From Sulfuricurvum sp. (lineage in GTDB: Bacteria > Campylobacterota > Campylobacteria > Campylobacterales > Sulfurimonadaceae), in contig NZ_JAUYFF010000013.1 of assembly GCF_030691015.1 (NCBI RefSeq), positions 4,638 through 68,637 of the forward strand: DNA of 64,000 nt, given 5' to 3'. The notes under the pieces were generated by a model. It made no database searches and was not told where the DNA came from. It saw only the letters and a list, made by a program, of their open reading frames with translations. This document shows, piece after piece, positions 1 through 10,267 of this stretch (positions are counted from its first letter, which is position 1; each line of letters begins with the position of its first letter). The position numbers were made by a program, and so were the translations under genes.

Positions 1-576
1 GACTTTACCTTCGGAACCAAGAATCTCCTCGTTACCTTTCACCCCGTTACCTTGGAAAATCATACAGCCTCCTATCAATTTCAAGAATTATTAGATGCCC
101 TTGATACACTGGAAGATACCCATATTATCTTTACCAAGGCGAACAGTGATACGGACGGGCGGAATATCAACACAATGATCGATACCTACGTGTCAAAAAA
201 TACGCATAAAGCCATCGCGTTCACCTCAATGGGGCAACTGCGTTATTTGAGTGCCCTACAGTTTGTCGATGCGGTGGTCGGAAACAGCTCCAGCGGTCTA
301 CTTGAAGCACCGAGCTTTAAAATCGGTACGATCAATATCGGAGATCGACAATGTGGGCGGTTAAAAGCAGATAGTGTGATCGATTCGGCTCCGAATCAAG
401 AAGCCATCCGTACGAGTTTGACCAAACTCTATACCCCTGAATTTCAACACCAGTTAGCAACGTGTACAAACCCTTATGGCGAGGGGGGGGCGGTTGAGAA
501 AATCATTCATACCCTAAAACATACCGCACTGGATGATCTGCTGAAAAAATCGTTTTATGATATAGGACTCCGATGA
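1..576 (+). CDS. neuC: UDP-N-acetylglucosamine 2-epimerase (hydrolysing), NeuC/LegG family; 3' part only, 5' end upstream of window
   Basis: Frame 1 is open from base 1 (DFTFGTKNLLVTFHPVT) into the listed ORF. NeuC-type C-terminal motifs GNSSSGLLEAPS, GDRQCGR, NPYGEGGA. Followed by ptmE/ptmF/legF/ptmA-like genes in the order of C. jejuni Cj1328-Cj1332. Confidence 0.8.
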   Translation, partial: DFTFGTKNLLVTFHPVTLENHTASYQFQELLDALDTLEDTHIIFTKANSDTDGRNINTMIDTYVSKNTHKAIAFTSMGQLRYLSALQFVDAVVGNSSSGLLEAPSFKIGTINIGDRQCGRLKADSVIDSAPNQEAIRTSLTKLYTPEFQHQLATCTNPYGEGGAVEKIIHTLKHTALDDLLKKSFYDIGLR

Positions 577-1622
577 AACCGATAGATGCCATTAAACTCT
601 CTTTAACCTCTACCGTACGGGATGCATTGCAAATTATCAACAACGGTGCCATGCAGATGGCCATCGTCACGGATGATCAGGGGAAGCTTTTAGGAACACT
701 TACCGACGGAGATATACGACGCGGATTGCTGGATGGTTTGAGCCTCGGTGATACCGTTGAAACAATACTACATACCACACCCACCGTGGCAACACTCAGT
801 GATACCAAAGAAGATATTCTCAAAAAAGCGCTGAACAAAAAACTTCACCAAATTCCCATCGTAGACGATCAGTATCGTGTACTGGGTATACAAGAGATCA
901 ACGATCTAATCCAACCCGCAACCAAGCCCAATATGGTCGTACTTATGGTCGGAGGATTAGGGAGCCGTCTTCGACCTCTGACCGAAGAGACCCCAAAGCC
1001 GATGCTCAAAGTGGGAAATAAACCTATATTACAAACCATCGTAGAAAGATTTGCCGAATACGGGTTTAGTGAAATAATCATGTGCGTCAACTATAAATCT
1101 CATATTATCCAAGACTATTTCGGAGACGGCAGTGCGTTTGGGGTTACCATCACCTATATCTTTGAAGAGGAGCGTATGGGAACGGCAGGGGCACTGAGCT
1201 TACTCAAAACACTCCCTAATGAACCTTTTTTTGTGATGAACGGCGATTTGCTAACTAATATCAATTTTGATCATCTGTGTAATTATCATCTAGCTCAAAA
1301 CGCGATGGCAACAATGTGTGTCCGTGAATACGATTTCCAAGTCCCTTATGGGGTAGTGAATATGGAGGGCAATACGATCCTCTCCATTCAAGAAAAACCG
1401 GTTCATAAATTTTATGTCAGTGCCGGAATCTATATGCTCAGTCCCGACGTGATCCGATACATCCCTAAAAACCAGTTTTACGATATGCCCTCTTTGTTTG
1501 AAACCCTTATCCAACAGCAGCAAAAAGCCCTCTCTTTCCTGATACGGGAATATTGGCTCGATATCGGTCAGATGGAAGAATATGAACGGGCCAACCAAGA
1601 ATATGCGGGTGTGTTTCAGTGA
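573..1622 (+). CDS. ptmE: CBS-pair + sugar-phosphate nucleotidyltransferase (PtmE-like GlcN-1-P guanylyltransferase)
   Basis: N-terminal CBS pair (GTLTDGDIRRGLL, IPIVDDQYRVLGI), then the nucleotidyltransferase motif LMVGGLGSRLRPLTEETPKPMLKVGNKPIL. ATGA overlap with the upstream gene. Confidence 0.8.
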   Translation: MKPIDAIKLSLTSTVRDALQIINNGAMQMAIVTDDQGKLLGTLTDGDIRRGLLDGLSLGDTVETILHTTPTVATLSDTKEDILKKALNKKLHQIPIVDDQYRVLGIQEINDLIQPATKPNMVVLMVGGLGSRLRPLTEETPKPMLKVGNKPILQTIVERFAEYGFSEIIMCVNYKSHIIQDYFGDGSAFGVTITYIFEEERMGTAGALSLLKTLPNEPFFVMNGDLLTNINFDHLCNYHLAQNAMATMCVREYDFQVPYGVVNMEGNTILSIQEKPVHKFYVSAGIYMLSPDVIRYIPKNQFYDMPSLFETLIQQQQKALSFLIREYWLDIGQMEEYERANQEYAGVFQ

Positions 1623-2530
1623 GGGCGCTCATCATCGGATACGGTTCTATCGGTCAACGTCATTATGATGTTCTCACATCGATAGGAAGCTTTGAAGCGA
1701 TCCATATCGTCACCTCACAAACACTCAATGATCTTACCACGTTTAAAACCTTGGAAGAGGTTCCGAATATTGACACGTATGATTATTTTGTGATCGCTTC
1801 TGAGACCTATAAACACTTTGATCAGCTGATCTATCTTGACCGACACGTCAATCAAAAAATCATATTATGTGAAAAACCCCTCTTTGCTCGATATCAAGAG
1901 ATCACTATCGAAAACAACCGCGTCTATGTCGGCTATGTTTTACGTTTTCACCCGATTTTTGCCTCCATCCGAACTCTTCTAAACGAAGAGACCCCTATCT
2001 CGGTATCGATCAAAACAGGTTCCTACCTCCCCGCATGGAGACCGCAGAGAGATTATCGCACCCTCTATAGCGCTTCCAGCGAACAAGGGGGCGGTGTGTT
2101 GCTCGATCTGAGTCACGAAATCGACTATGCCCAATGGCTCTTCGGTCCTCTAAGGCTCTTGAGCTCCTACCAAGGCAAAATTTCGGATTTAGAAATCGAC
2201 TCAGATGATATCACCGTTATTACCGCTCAAGGTGATCACAATGCACTGATAACGCTCTCGCTCGATTATATCTCCAAAATCCCGATGCGGGAGATGAGTA
2301 TTCATACGAACAACCAAAGTATACTTGCCGACATGATAAACAATACACTAAAAATCGGCACCAAAGAGGGAGAGATTCAAACCATCGCGTTAGAGCCGTT
2401 TGAACGCAATGACCTCTTTATCAAAATGCACCGCTCTGCGTTAGGGGACAAAGAAAACCTATGCACACTCCACGAAGGATTAACCGTCATGAAAACCATC
2501 TCATATATTCAGGAACACCATCATGACTAA
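1619..2530 (+). CDS. ptmF: Gfo/Idh/MocA-family oxidoreductase (PtmF-like)
   Basis: GTG start overlapping the upstream stop. N-terminal Rossmann motif ALIIGYGSIGQRH and EKP motif (LCEKPLF). Position matches Cj1330. Confidence 0.7.
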   Translation: MRALIIGYGSIGQRHYDVLTSIGSFEAIHIVTSQTLNDLTTFKTLEEVPNIDTYDYFVIASETYKHFDQLIYLDRHVNQKIILCEKPLFARYQEITIENNRVYVGYVLRFHPIFASIRTLLNEETPISVSIKTGSYLPAWRPQRDYRTLYSASSEQGGGVLLDLSHEIDYAQWLFGPLRLLSSYQGKISDLEIDSDDITVITAQGDHNALITLSLDYISKIPMREMSIHTNNQSILADMINNTLKIGTKEGEIQTIALEPFERNDLFIKMHRSALGDKENLCTLHEGLTVMKTISYIQEHHHD

Positions 2531-3224
2531 GGTGCTTTGTACGATATGTGCACGCGGCGGTTCAAAAGGGGTTAAAAACAAAAATATCAAACTCCTCAAC
2601 GGCAAACCTCTCATCGCCTACACTATTGAGCAGGCAAAGCAATCAGGATTATTTGAGCATATCGTCATCAGCACTGACTCCGATCTCATAGCAACCACCG
2701 CTCAGGAATACGGCGCTGAAGTCTTTTTCAAACGCTCTCCTGAAATGGCCTCCGATACCGCCGGAAAATTGGACGTTATCCGTGATGCTTTTATCCGATC
2801 TGAAGAGCATTATCAGTGCACGTTTGATACTCTGATCGATTTGGATGCTACCGCACCGCTTCGAAGTGTTCAGGATATTACGGATTCGTACGCGCAATTT
2901 CTAAGAGACAATAACGATAATCTCATCACCGCTATGCCCTCACGTCGAAGCCCCTATTTTAATCTGGTAGAGATGGATAACTCAGGGAAAGTAGCATTAT
3001 CAAAAAAACTGGAGTGTGGTGTCGTACGACGACAAGATGCACCGAAAAGCTATGACATGAACGCATCGATTTACATTTGGAAACGGGATATAATTTTGAA
3101 TGAAAATTCTCTGTTTCTCGAAAAAACAGGATTATATGTCATGCCTGAAGAGAGATCGATCGATATTGATACGGAACTTGATTTTGAGTTTGTCGAATTT
3201 TTGATGAGGAAGAATCATGATTAA
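2523..3224 (+). CDS. legF: Acylneuraminate cytidylyltransferase family; CMP-legionaminic acid synthetase-like
   Basis: N-terminal CTICARGGSKGVKNKN (CMP-NeuAc synthetase P-loop-like motif), about 230 aa. Synteny with Cj1331. Confidence 0.8.
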   Translation: MTKVLCTICARGGSKGVKNKNIKLLNGKPLIAYTIEQAKQSGLFEHIVISTDSDLIATTAQEYGAEVFFKRSPEMASDTAGKLDVIRDAFIRSEEHYQCTFDTLIDLDATAPLRSVQDITDSYAQFLRDNNDNLITAMPSRRSPYFNLVEMDNSGKVALSKKLECGVVRRQDAPKSYDMNASIYIWKRDIILNENSLFLEKTGLYVMPEERSIDIDTELDFEFVEFLMRKNHD

Positions 3225-3987
3225 AGGACAAGTCGTCGTTATTACAGGCGGAGCAGGACTCATCGGAAAAGAGTTCGTTAAAGCCGTTATTAACAACGGC
3301 GGTATCGCTATCATTGCGGATATCAATATAGAAATCGGTACAAAAGTAAAAGATACCCTCTCAAATGAACTCAATACCCACAACATCGATTTCGTGACTT
3401 TGGACATCACTTCCAAAGATTCTCTCACTGAGACAATTGGCTATCTGAACCAAAAATACGGAAAAATCGATGCATTGGTCAATAATGCATACCCTCGGAA
3501 TAAAAATTACGGGAAACATTTTTTTGATGTCGAATACGCCGATTTTTGCGAAAATCTCAACCTCAATCTCGGCGGATATTTTCTCGCCAGCCAGCAGTTC
3601 GCCCTCTACTTCCAACAGCAGGGATTTGGAAATATCATCAACATCTCTTCCATTTACGGTGTAATCGCCCCAAAATTTGAAGTCTACGACAATACCCCTA
3701 TGAGTATGCCGGTCGAATACGCCGCGATCAAATCGGCACTTTTGATGCTGACGCAGTACATGGCAAAATATTTCAAAGGGATGAACATACGGGTCAATGC
3801 GATCAGCCCCGGAGGGATTTTCGATCACCAAAGCGAGCCTTTTTTAGAGAGCTATAAAAAACAGTGTCTCAATAAAGGGATGCTCGATAAAAGTGATCTG
3901 CAAGGGACACTCATCTATCTGCTCAGCGACATGAGCCGATATGTCAACGGTCAAAATATTATTGTGGATGACGGGTTTAGCTTATGA
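3217..3987 (+). CDS. ptmA: Short-chain dehydrogenase/reductase (PtmA-like)
   Basis: TGGAGLIGKE cofactor motif, NNAYP, catalytic YAAIKSAL (YxxxK). Synteny with Cj1332. Confidence 0.75.
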   Translation: MIKGQVVVITGGAGLIGKEFVKAVINNGGIAIIADINIEIGTKVKDTLSNELNTHNIDFVTLDITSKDSLTETIGYLNQKYGKIDALVNNAYPRNKNYGKHFFDVEYADFCENLNLNLGGYFLASQQFALYFQQQGFGNIINISSIYGVIAPKFEVYDNTPMSMPVEYAAIKSALLMLTQYMAKYFKGMNIRVNAISPGGIFDHQSEPFLESYKKQCLNKGMLDKSDLQGTLIYLLSDMSRYVNGQNIIVDDGFSL

Positions 3988-4541
3988 TACAAGAGATCGT
4001 TTCCAAATACCGATTCGACAAAAGCAGTGACCGTATCGGTCCGGATTGTCCTTTTACCCACTGGAAACTTTATTTGAAATCTTCCATGGTTGCTCTGTGC
4101 CAAAATAAATTTACCTATTTTGGGAAAAATGCAGAGTTTCGCCCTGGGGCATACGCTATTTGCTGTAGCAAGATCTCTATCGGTGATAATGTCATCATCC
4201 GTCCGGGAACAATGCTCTTTGCCGACCCTAGAGAAGGGAAAAGCGGCTCTATCACGATCGAAGAGAACGTCATGATCGGTTCAGGTGTCCATATGTACGT
4301 CCATAACCATCGGTTTGATGATCCGAATCTTCCGATTATGGTTCAAGGACACTACCCGTCCGAATCGATCACCCTCAAAAAAGGCTCTTGGATCGGAGCC
4401 AATGCCATCATACTCCCCGGAGTCACAGTCGGTGAAAACAGTGTTATCGGAGCCGGAAGCGTTGTCACGCACGACATTCCCCCCTTTTCCATCGCCGTAG
4501 GTTCCCCCGCACGCGTTATTAGAAAAACAACGGATGCCTGA
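3984..4541 (+). CDS. Hexapeptide-repeat (left-handed beta-helix) acetyltransferase
   Basis: C-terminal LbH repeats: KGSWIGANAIILPGVTVGENSVIGAGSVVTHDIPPFSIAVGSPARVIRK. Confidence 0.75.
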   Translation: MIQEIVSKYRFDKSSDRIGPDCPFTHWKLYLKSSMVALCQNKFTYFGKNAEFRPGAYAICCSKISIGDNVIIRPGTMLFADPREGKSGSITIEENVMIGSGVHMYVHNHRFDDPNLPIMVQGHYPSESITLKKGSWIGANAIILPGVTVGENSVIGAGSVVTHDIPPFSIAVGSPARVIRKTTDA

Positions 4542-6052
4542 TGTCTAGGGAAGATAGCCTTAAAAAAAGATATCTAATAAAACTTTTTTCAAACCTCATC
4601 AACGGTGCTATCAACATCCTTTTCATCGCCCTCATCCCTAAAGCTTTGGGCCCCATAGCGTATGGGCAATTCAGCTATCTGCAACAGTTTTTTTCTCAAA
4701 TTTTCGGCTTGGCAGATGCCGGAACGTCAATGGCATTTTTCACAAAGCTCTCTTCCAATCCGAAACGCAAAGAGTTGATCTCTTTTTACGCTCTGTATAT
4801 GGGAACGATTTTTATCCTTATCTCTTTCATGATTTATCTCCTGCGATACACCCCATTCACCGAAATATTTTTCCCCACTATTCCGCAAGAGTATATTTTC
4901 ATCGCAATGGGTCTAGGATTTTTGACGTGGCTAACCCAAATTTTTATTAAACTATCCGATGCGTATGCCCTGACCGTATCGGTCGAACTCCTCAAAATTG
5001 TCCATAAATTTGCCTCTTTGGGATTATTGCTCTACTTTATCTATTATCTCACCTTTGATCTCGTCTCTTATTTTCAGTTTAACTACCTCGTCTCACTACT
5101 CTTTATTTTCCTTGCCTCCCTCTTGTTTGTCCGACGTAATGTCTTTAGCTCCGATTTATGGCGACAGAGCGTTCATATCGTCCAAAATATCAAAGAGTTC
5201 GCCCACTACAGCCACCCTATCCTTTTGTTTTCGATTGTCGGGGTAGCGATTGCGATGTTTGACATCTGGCTCCTCCAAACGATGGGGGGTTCTGAGCAAA
5301 CGGGATTTTATACGTTGGCGTACTCTATCGCCGCCGTCTCATTTTTGTTCACAAGCTCAATGACCCCTATCATCACCCGTGAGTTTGCCCGCTCCTTTGC
5401 ACAGGGAGATATAGAAAAAATTCGGCTCCATTTCAAACGCTACATCCCAATGCTCTATTCGGTTGCGACATTTTTTGCCGTTTTTACCGCATTCCAATCC
5501 GATCATTTCATCCAAATTTTTACCGATGAAAAATTTGCCCTCGCCGGATCAGCATTAACGGTTATTGCCCTATATCCGATCCATCAGACCTATGGACAAT
5601 TGAGCGGATCGCTTTTTTTTGCTAACGGAAATACGTCGCAGTATCGCAACATAGGATTATTCACCTCTCTTATCGGTCTTATTTTTACCTTTCTTTTCCT
5701 TTTCGTTTTAAATCTAGGAGCACTCGGTCTCGCGTACAAAATGCTCATCACGCAGCTCATCGGCGTCACGATCCAACTCTATTTCAATACAACCTTTTTA
5801 AAAACCAAAATGACCCCTTTTCTCTTTCACCAGATATACTCGTTTCTTTTCTTTCTTATCGCGGCTTTTGTGAGCGTTACCCTCACCTCATCGATACAAA
5901 TGCCGTGGATCAATTTATCGGTTTGTGCCGTTTTTTATACGGTGTTGACTATAATTGGAACAATCATTTTCCCTCAGATTTTTGCAACATCCCGAGGAGA
6001 AATCAAAACACTTTTTTCCAAAAAACCGAAGGATACTGCTGTTGATGCCTAA
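4541..6052 (+). CDS. wzx: Oligosaccharide flippase, Wzx/MOP-superfamily-like polytopic membrane protein
   Basis: 503 aa and strongly hydrophobic, with many predicted TM helices. N-terminus KKRYLIKLFSNLINGAINILFIALIPKALGP is typical of polysaccharide-biosynthesis (Wzx) flippases. Lies within the glycan cluster. Confidence 0.7.
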   Translation: MSREDSLKKRYLIKLFSNLINGAINILFIALIPKALGPIAYGQFSYLQQFFSQIFGLADAGTSMAFFTKLSSNPKRKELISFYALYMGTIFILISFMIYLLRYTPFTEIFFPTIPQEYIFIAMGLGFLTWLTQIFIKLSDAYALTVSVELLKIVHKFASLGLLLYFIYYLTFDLVSYFQFNYLVSLLFIFLASLLFVRRNVFSSDLWRQSVHIVQNIKEFAHYSHPILLFSIVGVAIAMFDIWLLQTMGGSEQTGFYTLAYSIAAVSFLFTSSMTPIITREFARSFAQGDIEKIRLHFKRYIPMLYSVATFFAVFTAFQSDHFIQIFTDEKFALAGSALTVIALYPIHQTYGQLSGSLFFANGNTSQYRNIGLFTSLIGLIFTFLFLFVLNLGALGLAYKMLITQLIGVTIQLYFNTTFLKTKMTPFLFHQIYSFLFFLIAAFVSVTLTSSIQMPWINLSVCAVFYTVLTIIGTIIFPQIFATSRGEIKTLFSKKPKDTAVDA

Positions 6053-7880
6053 CACCGCTGCACCTATTTTTTCATTGAAATCCGAATACCGAAACATTTT
6101 TATTCTCGATTCGATAGAGTGGTGGGAGGATGCGACGTATGATCCCGCATTGGATTTGGTACTCACGTACGACTTTGGACTAAAACACAAAATTCACGCC
6201 TTGAGAGGCGAGGTTTACTACATCGACCATCTAATCGATCAAGCCACCATGCAAGAAAATAATTTTTTGGTGACCGATTTCTTAAAAAACTGGCATTATG
6301 ATGCTAACGGAAAGGATATTTTCACTTACAAAAATATCCCGTTCGGATTTTCATTACGATTGGATATTTGGAACGATCTGGTCTCTTACACACGCCTCTC
6401 TTTGTGTCTTGCCCAATTAAAAAACATTTCATTCGATGCTCTCTATCTAGGAAGCGACGATATTCGGATAAACACTATTCTAAATAGATATGGCTTTGAC
6501 GTTCAACCCTCCTCCAAATTAGCTTCCAAAGCGGTCTTTTATTTTCCGATTGCGCAGTGGCTGGATGAAAAAATCCGCTCAACAGGTTTGCGAGGAGGTT
6601 TGGTTCGCCTCAGAGAGATCGTTACAGCCATTTACGGCTATACGCTCCCTATTATTGATGCACTTATCCCCAAATCCAAATCTCAACGTGCCCTTTTTAT
6701 CCAAGAGTACCATCCGACGAGAAAGCTCATTGAGATTCTCAAAAAAGACCCTGCCTTACGTATCGTCTTGGTTAATTTTACACGAGGATCAAAACTGCTT
6801 GATCACCGATTTGAGCGTTTGATCCCCATCAGCGGTTCATTAAACGCATTTGATCTCTATGCCTCGGATCAGTTAAGCGCTTTTAGAGAAAACCGTCATG
6901 CTTCTCTTATTCTCACTAACGGCGATAATCTTACCGAAGCGATATACACGATCATCGAATCACGGATTGAGTCACGTATATCTCCTATACTTCGTACATT
7001 GCACAGTGTTATCCGCTATCTTGATAAACATCCGATCCAGCTCGAAATATTGATTGCCAATATGGGTCTCACCGCAACATTGGTCGATTGTGTCTGCAAA
7101 GCCAGAGGTATTCCGAGCTATCTCATCATCAACGGTATGCTGACCAGAGAGTTTATGGATGAAGCCAAATACGCTACCTATATCAACGCATACTCACCGA
7201 GTATCAAAGAGCACTATTTTCGAAATATGAAAGACATTGTTTGTCTCGGAGACCCTCGCATGGATAATTATCCTCCGCTCAAAAGCCTCAGAGTTATTAA
7301 TCGTACCAGCCCTACCATCACAATCGGTACATCTGGATTTAATCCTATCGATTTGAACTCATACGTAGCGGTAGAATTTGAATTTCTATACGATGTGTTA
7401 TCGGCACTACAGAAGATGATAAATACCCTTGCCCCGATGGAGATTATTATCAAAGTACGGCCTAACGGATACGAAAAGCAATATTCCGATTTTGTAGCAA
7501 CCTTTTTCCCCGACCTTCGTGTCCAGCTGATAAGTACCGCCTCTATGAAAAGCGTTCTAGATAAGACTGATCTCTATATCACCATCTATTCGCAGACCCT
7601 TTTTGAAGCCTCTTGCCTCGGTATCCCCGCGATCTATTATAAAAAAGATGCTGAAATAATGTATCCTCCGTTTGACGGCACATCGGAACTGGTAACGGTT
7701 GGCAGTGTTGATGATTTGGTTCAGGCATTTGTTGATTTTCAATCTGATGATACACGTTATAATGCTTTTTTAGATCGCACTGTCATGGAGCGCTATATCG
7801 GTCCGCTCGATGGTAACAACATGCAGAGAAATATCGATTTCGTGTATGAACTATTAGAAAAAGATGGGCAAAACCAATGA
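6045..7880 (+). CDS. Large soluble glycan-cluster protein, GT-B-like C-terminus; candidate (nonulosonic acid?) glycosyltransferase
   Basis: I prefer the ATG at 6045 (ATGCCTAA overlap with the wzx stop, AAGGA 11 nt upstream) over the listed 5955 start. The C-terminal [26 protein letters not shown] resembles a GT-B nucleotide-sugar-binding end. No family recognised with certainty. Confidence 0.4.
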   Translation: MPNTAAPIFSLKSEYRNIFILDSIEWWEDATYDPALDLVLTYDFGLKHKIHALRGEVYYIDHLIDQATMQENNFLVTDFLKNWHYDANGKDIFTYKNIPFGFSLRLDIWNDLVSYTRLSLCLAQLKNISFDALYLGSDDIRINTILNRYGFDVQPSSKLASKAVFYFPIAQWLDEKIRSTGLRGGLVRLREIVTAIYGYTLPIIDALIPKSKSQRALFIQEYHPTRKLIEILKKDPALRIVLVNFTRGSKLLDHRFERLIPISGSLNAFDLYASDQLSAFRENRHASLILTNGDNLTEAIYTIIESRIESRISPILRTLHSVIRYLDKHPIQLEILIANMGLTATLVDCVCKARGIPSYLIINGMLTREFMDEAKYATYINAYSPSIKEHYFRNMKDIVCLGDPRMDNYPPLKSLRVINRTSPTITIGTSGFNPIDLNSYVAVEFEFLYDVLSALQKMINTLAPMEIIIKVRPNGYEKQYSDFVATFFPDLRVQLISTASMKSVLDKTDLYITIYSQTLFEASCLGIPAIYYKKDAEIMYPPFDGTSELVTVGSVDDLVQAFVDFQSDDTRYNAFLDRTVMERYIGPLDGNNMQRNIDFVYELLEKDGQNQ

Positions 7881-8533
7881 TTTCAGGTATAAAAAAAGCG
7901 ATACGACTCTGGCAGCTACGTCGTCGATTTCCTATGAGTACCATTCATGCAGGAGCTATTGCTGATTTTTCATCCGTATTGGAATCGTACTCTGTTTTGT
8001 TTCCCGATACGATAGTAATACACTCCTCTTTGGGACGATACAGCTATATACAAAGCGGGTCGGTGATCAACAATGCTCAAATCGGCTCGTTTTGCTCTAT
8101 CGCCGCAAATGTCCAAATCGGATTGGCATCACACCCGATAGATGGGGTAAGCAGCTCTCCCGTATTTTACGATCCCAGCCAACCGCTTCCCCGTTTTTTG
8201 ACAGCTACATCTCATTACACGGACAATAGCCCTACAACAACTGTCCATACCGATGTTTGGATCGGAACAGGAGCAATGATCAAAGCGGGTATAACCATCG
8301 GGACAGGTGCCGTAATCGGTGCGGGTGCAGTCGTTACCCGTGACGTCGAAGCCTACAGTGTTGTCGGCGGTGTCCCAGCGCGTGAAATCAAAAAACGGTT
8401 CAACAACGAGACCATTCAAAAATTGCTAGATTCTAAATGGTGGGAACTGGATGAATCGACACTACGACGGCTTGCCCCGCTCTTTTCCGATCCTAAAGCT
8501 TTTTTAGATGCTGTAGAGGAAAATACCAAATGA
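7877..8533 (+). CDS. Hexapeptide-repeat acetyltransferase (CatB/Vat-related type)
   Basis: [49 protein letters not shown] followed by a helical tail ([12 protein letters not shown]). ATGA overlap with the upstream gene. Confidence 0.75.
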   Translation: MISGIKKAIRLWQLRRRFPMSTIHAGAIADFSSVLESYSVLFPDTIVIHSSLGRYSYIQSGSVINNAQIGSFCSIAANVQIGLASHPIDGVSSSPVFYDPSQPLPRFLTATSHYTDNSPTTTVHTDVWIGTGAMIKAGITIGTGAVIGAGAVVTRDVEAYSVVGGVPAREIKKRFNNETIQKLLDSKWWELDESTLRRLAPLFSDPKAFLDAVEENTK

Positions 8534-9117
8534 TTTCATTTAGTTTTTATAAACGCGTTATGAACACTCTTCAACGACACTGGTTCGCAGCCTTTTTTGC
8601 CCATACCTTCAAGCAGTTTGGTAAAAAAGTGGCTATCCTCAATCCTGACATTATTGAGGGGGAGCGCTATATTTCACTAGGAGATTATGTCTCCATTAAC
8701 ACCAAAGTGTGGCTCTTGGCGCTGCGTCAAAATGATACCCTCCCGCAACTCGTGATAGGAGAGAGAACCACGATCGGCAGATTTGCCCATATCGTCGCAC
8801 TCCGCGAGGTTATGATCGGCAAAAATGTTCTTATTGCCGACAAAGTCTACATTTCTGATAACCTCCACGCGTATAAAGATATTGCTCAACCAATTATGGA
8901 TCAGCCGATCGTCTTTAAAAAAAGTGTAAAGATTGGTGATAACAGCTGGATCGGCGAAAATGTCTCCGTTATCGGTGCCTCTATCGGAAAGCATTGTATT
9001 ATCGGTGCCAATTCGGTCGTTACCAACGATATCCCCGATTATTGTGTAGCGGTAGGAACCCCTGCGCAGGTGATAAAAAGGTATAATTCGACTACCAATC
9101 AATGGATAAATGTATAA
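8530..9117 (+). CDS. Hexapeptide-repeat acetyltransferase (LacA/WbbJ-like)
   Basis: [49 protein letters not shown]. Confidence 0.75.
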   Translation: MISFSFYKRVMNTLQRHWFAAFFAHTFKQFGKKVAILNPDIIEGERYISLGDYVSINTKVWLLALRQNDTLPQLVIGERTTIGRFAHIVALREVMIGKNVLIADKVYISDNLHAYKDIAQPIMDQPIVFKKSVKIGDNSWIGENVSVIGASIGKHCIIGANSVVTNDIPDYCVAVGTPAQVIKRYNSTTNQWINV

Positions 9118-9130
9118 TAAGAAAGTGAGC

Positions 9131-10267
9131 ATGGCTACAACTATTTTAATCACCGGCGGTGCCGGATTTATCGGGTCTAATCTCGCCCTTCGCCTTATCG
9201 AACAAGGATACCGTGTCACGGTTCTCGATAATCTATCCCCCCAGATTCACGGCGACAATGGAGAAGACTCTGTCCTTTACCGCGCTATTTGCGACAAAGT
9301 CCGTTTTATCAAAGGGAGCGTTTTAAGCTACGACGATTGGAAAAATGCCCTCGAAGGGGTAGAGATCGTTGTCCATTTAGCGGCAGAGACGGGGACGGGA
9401 CAATCGATGTATGAGATCGAGAAATACACCGACGTCAACATCAAAGGCACCTCGATTTTTCTCGATATTTTGGCGAATGAAGAGCACTCGGTCAAAAAAA
9501 TGGTCATCGCCTCTTCCCGAGCGATCTATGGAGAAGGAAAACATTCCTGTCCCGATCACGGTATTGTCTATCCGACCGAGCGGCTTGATAGCGACATGAA
9601 ATCGGGTGATTTCAATGTAAAGTGTCCCCTTTGCTCCCAGAATACCGATCTTTTGCCAACCGATGAAGAGAGCAAAATTCACCCTACCTCCATCTACGGT
9701 ATCACCAAACAGGTTCAAGAGCAGATGTTTATGGTGATGGGTAAATCGCTAAACATCCCCGCTGTCGCGTTCCGCTACCAAAACGTCTACGGTGCTGGGC
9801 AATCGCTCTCCAACCCCTATACGGGGATCCTCTCAATCTTCTCAACCCGTATCAAAAACGGTAACGATATCACCATTTTCGAAGACGGTAAAGAGAGCCG
9901 TGATTTTGTCTATATCGACGATGTCGTCGAAGCCACTATCTTGGGTATTGAAAAAGAGGAAGCCGCTTATAGCGTTTTTAATGTCGGCTCAGGGGTCGCA
10001 ACGGATGTCCTCACGGTAGCGCAAACGCTAAAAAGTGCTTACCAAAGCGACTCAAAGATACATGTGAGCGGAAACTACCGTCTTGGAGATATTCGCCACA
10101 ACTACGCCGATTTAACACATATTACCGAAAAGCTCGGATTTAAACCCTCCGTGAGCTTTGAGGAGGGGATCCGCCGATTTACAAGGTGGGTTGAGCAGCA
10201 AGAGGTCGTTGAAGACAAATACGAACAAAGTATCAAAGAGATGAGGGAAAAAGGTCTTTATAAATGA
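9131..10267 (+). CDS. NAD-dependent nucleotide-sugar epimerase/dehydratase (extended SDR) with Cys/His zinc-ribbon-like insert
   Basis: ILITGGAGFIGSNL, SSRAIYG, YGITKQ (YxxxK). Insert CPDH-x24-CPLC. Start is ambiguous (9110 or 9131); 9131 gives the usual short N-terminus. Confidence 0.8.
   Translation: MATTILITGGAGFIGSNLALRLIEQGYRVTVLDNLSPQIHGDNGEDSVLYRAICDKVRFIKGSVLSYDDWKNALEGVEIVVHLAAETGTGQSMYEIEKYTDVNIKGTSIFLDILANEEHSVKKMVIASSRAIYGEGKHSCPDHGIVYPTERLDSDMKSGDFNVKCPLCSQNTDLLPTDEESKIHPTSIYGITKQVQEQMFMVMGKSLNIPAVAFRYQNVYGAGQSLSNPYTGILSIFSTRIKNGNDITIFEDGKESRDFVYIDDVVEATILGIEKEEAAYSVFNVGSGVATDVLTVAQTLKSAYQSDSKIHVSGNYRLGDIRHNYADLTHITEKLGFKPSVSFEEGIRRFTRWVEQQEVVEDKYEQSIKEMREKGLYK

Noticed and set aside
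5955-6044. An upstream extension (30 codons) of the 641-aa ORF, overlapping wzx by 98 nt.
   Set aside because: The internal ATG at 6045 gives the ATG...TAA overlap typical of this cluster and has an AAGGA upstream. The extension lies entirely inside wzx.
8677-9219. A 180-aa antisense ORF across the acetyltransferase/epimerase junction. Similar cases occur at 3361-3831, 13658-14020 and 25535-26005.
   Set aside because: These lie opposite confidently assigned genes and have no start context or recognisable domains.
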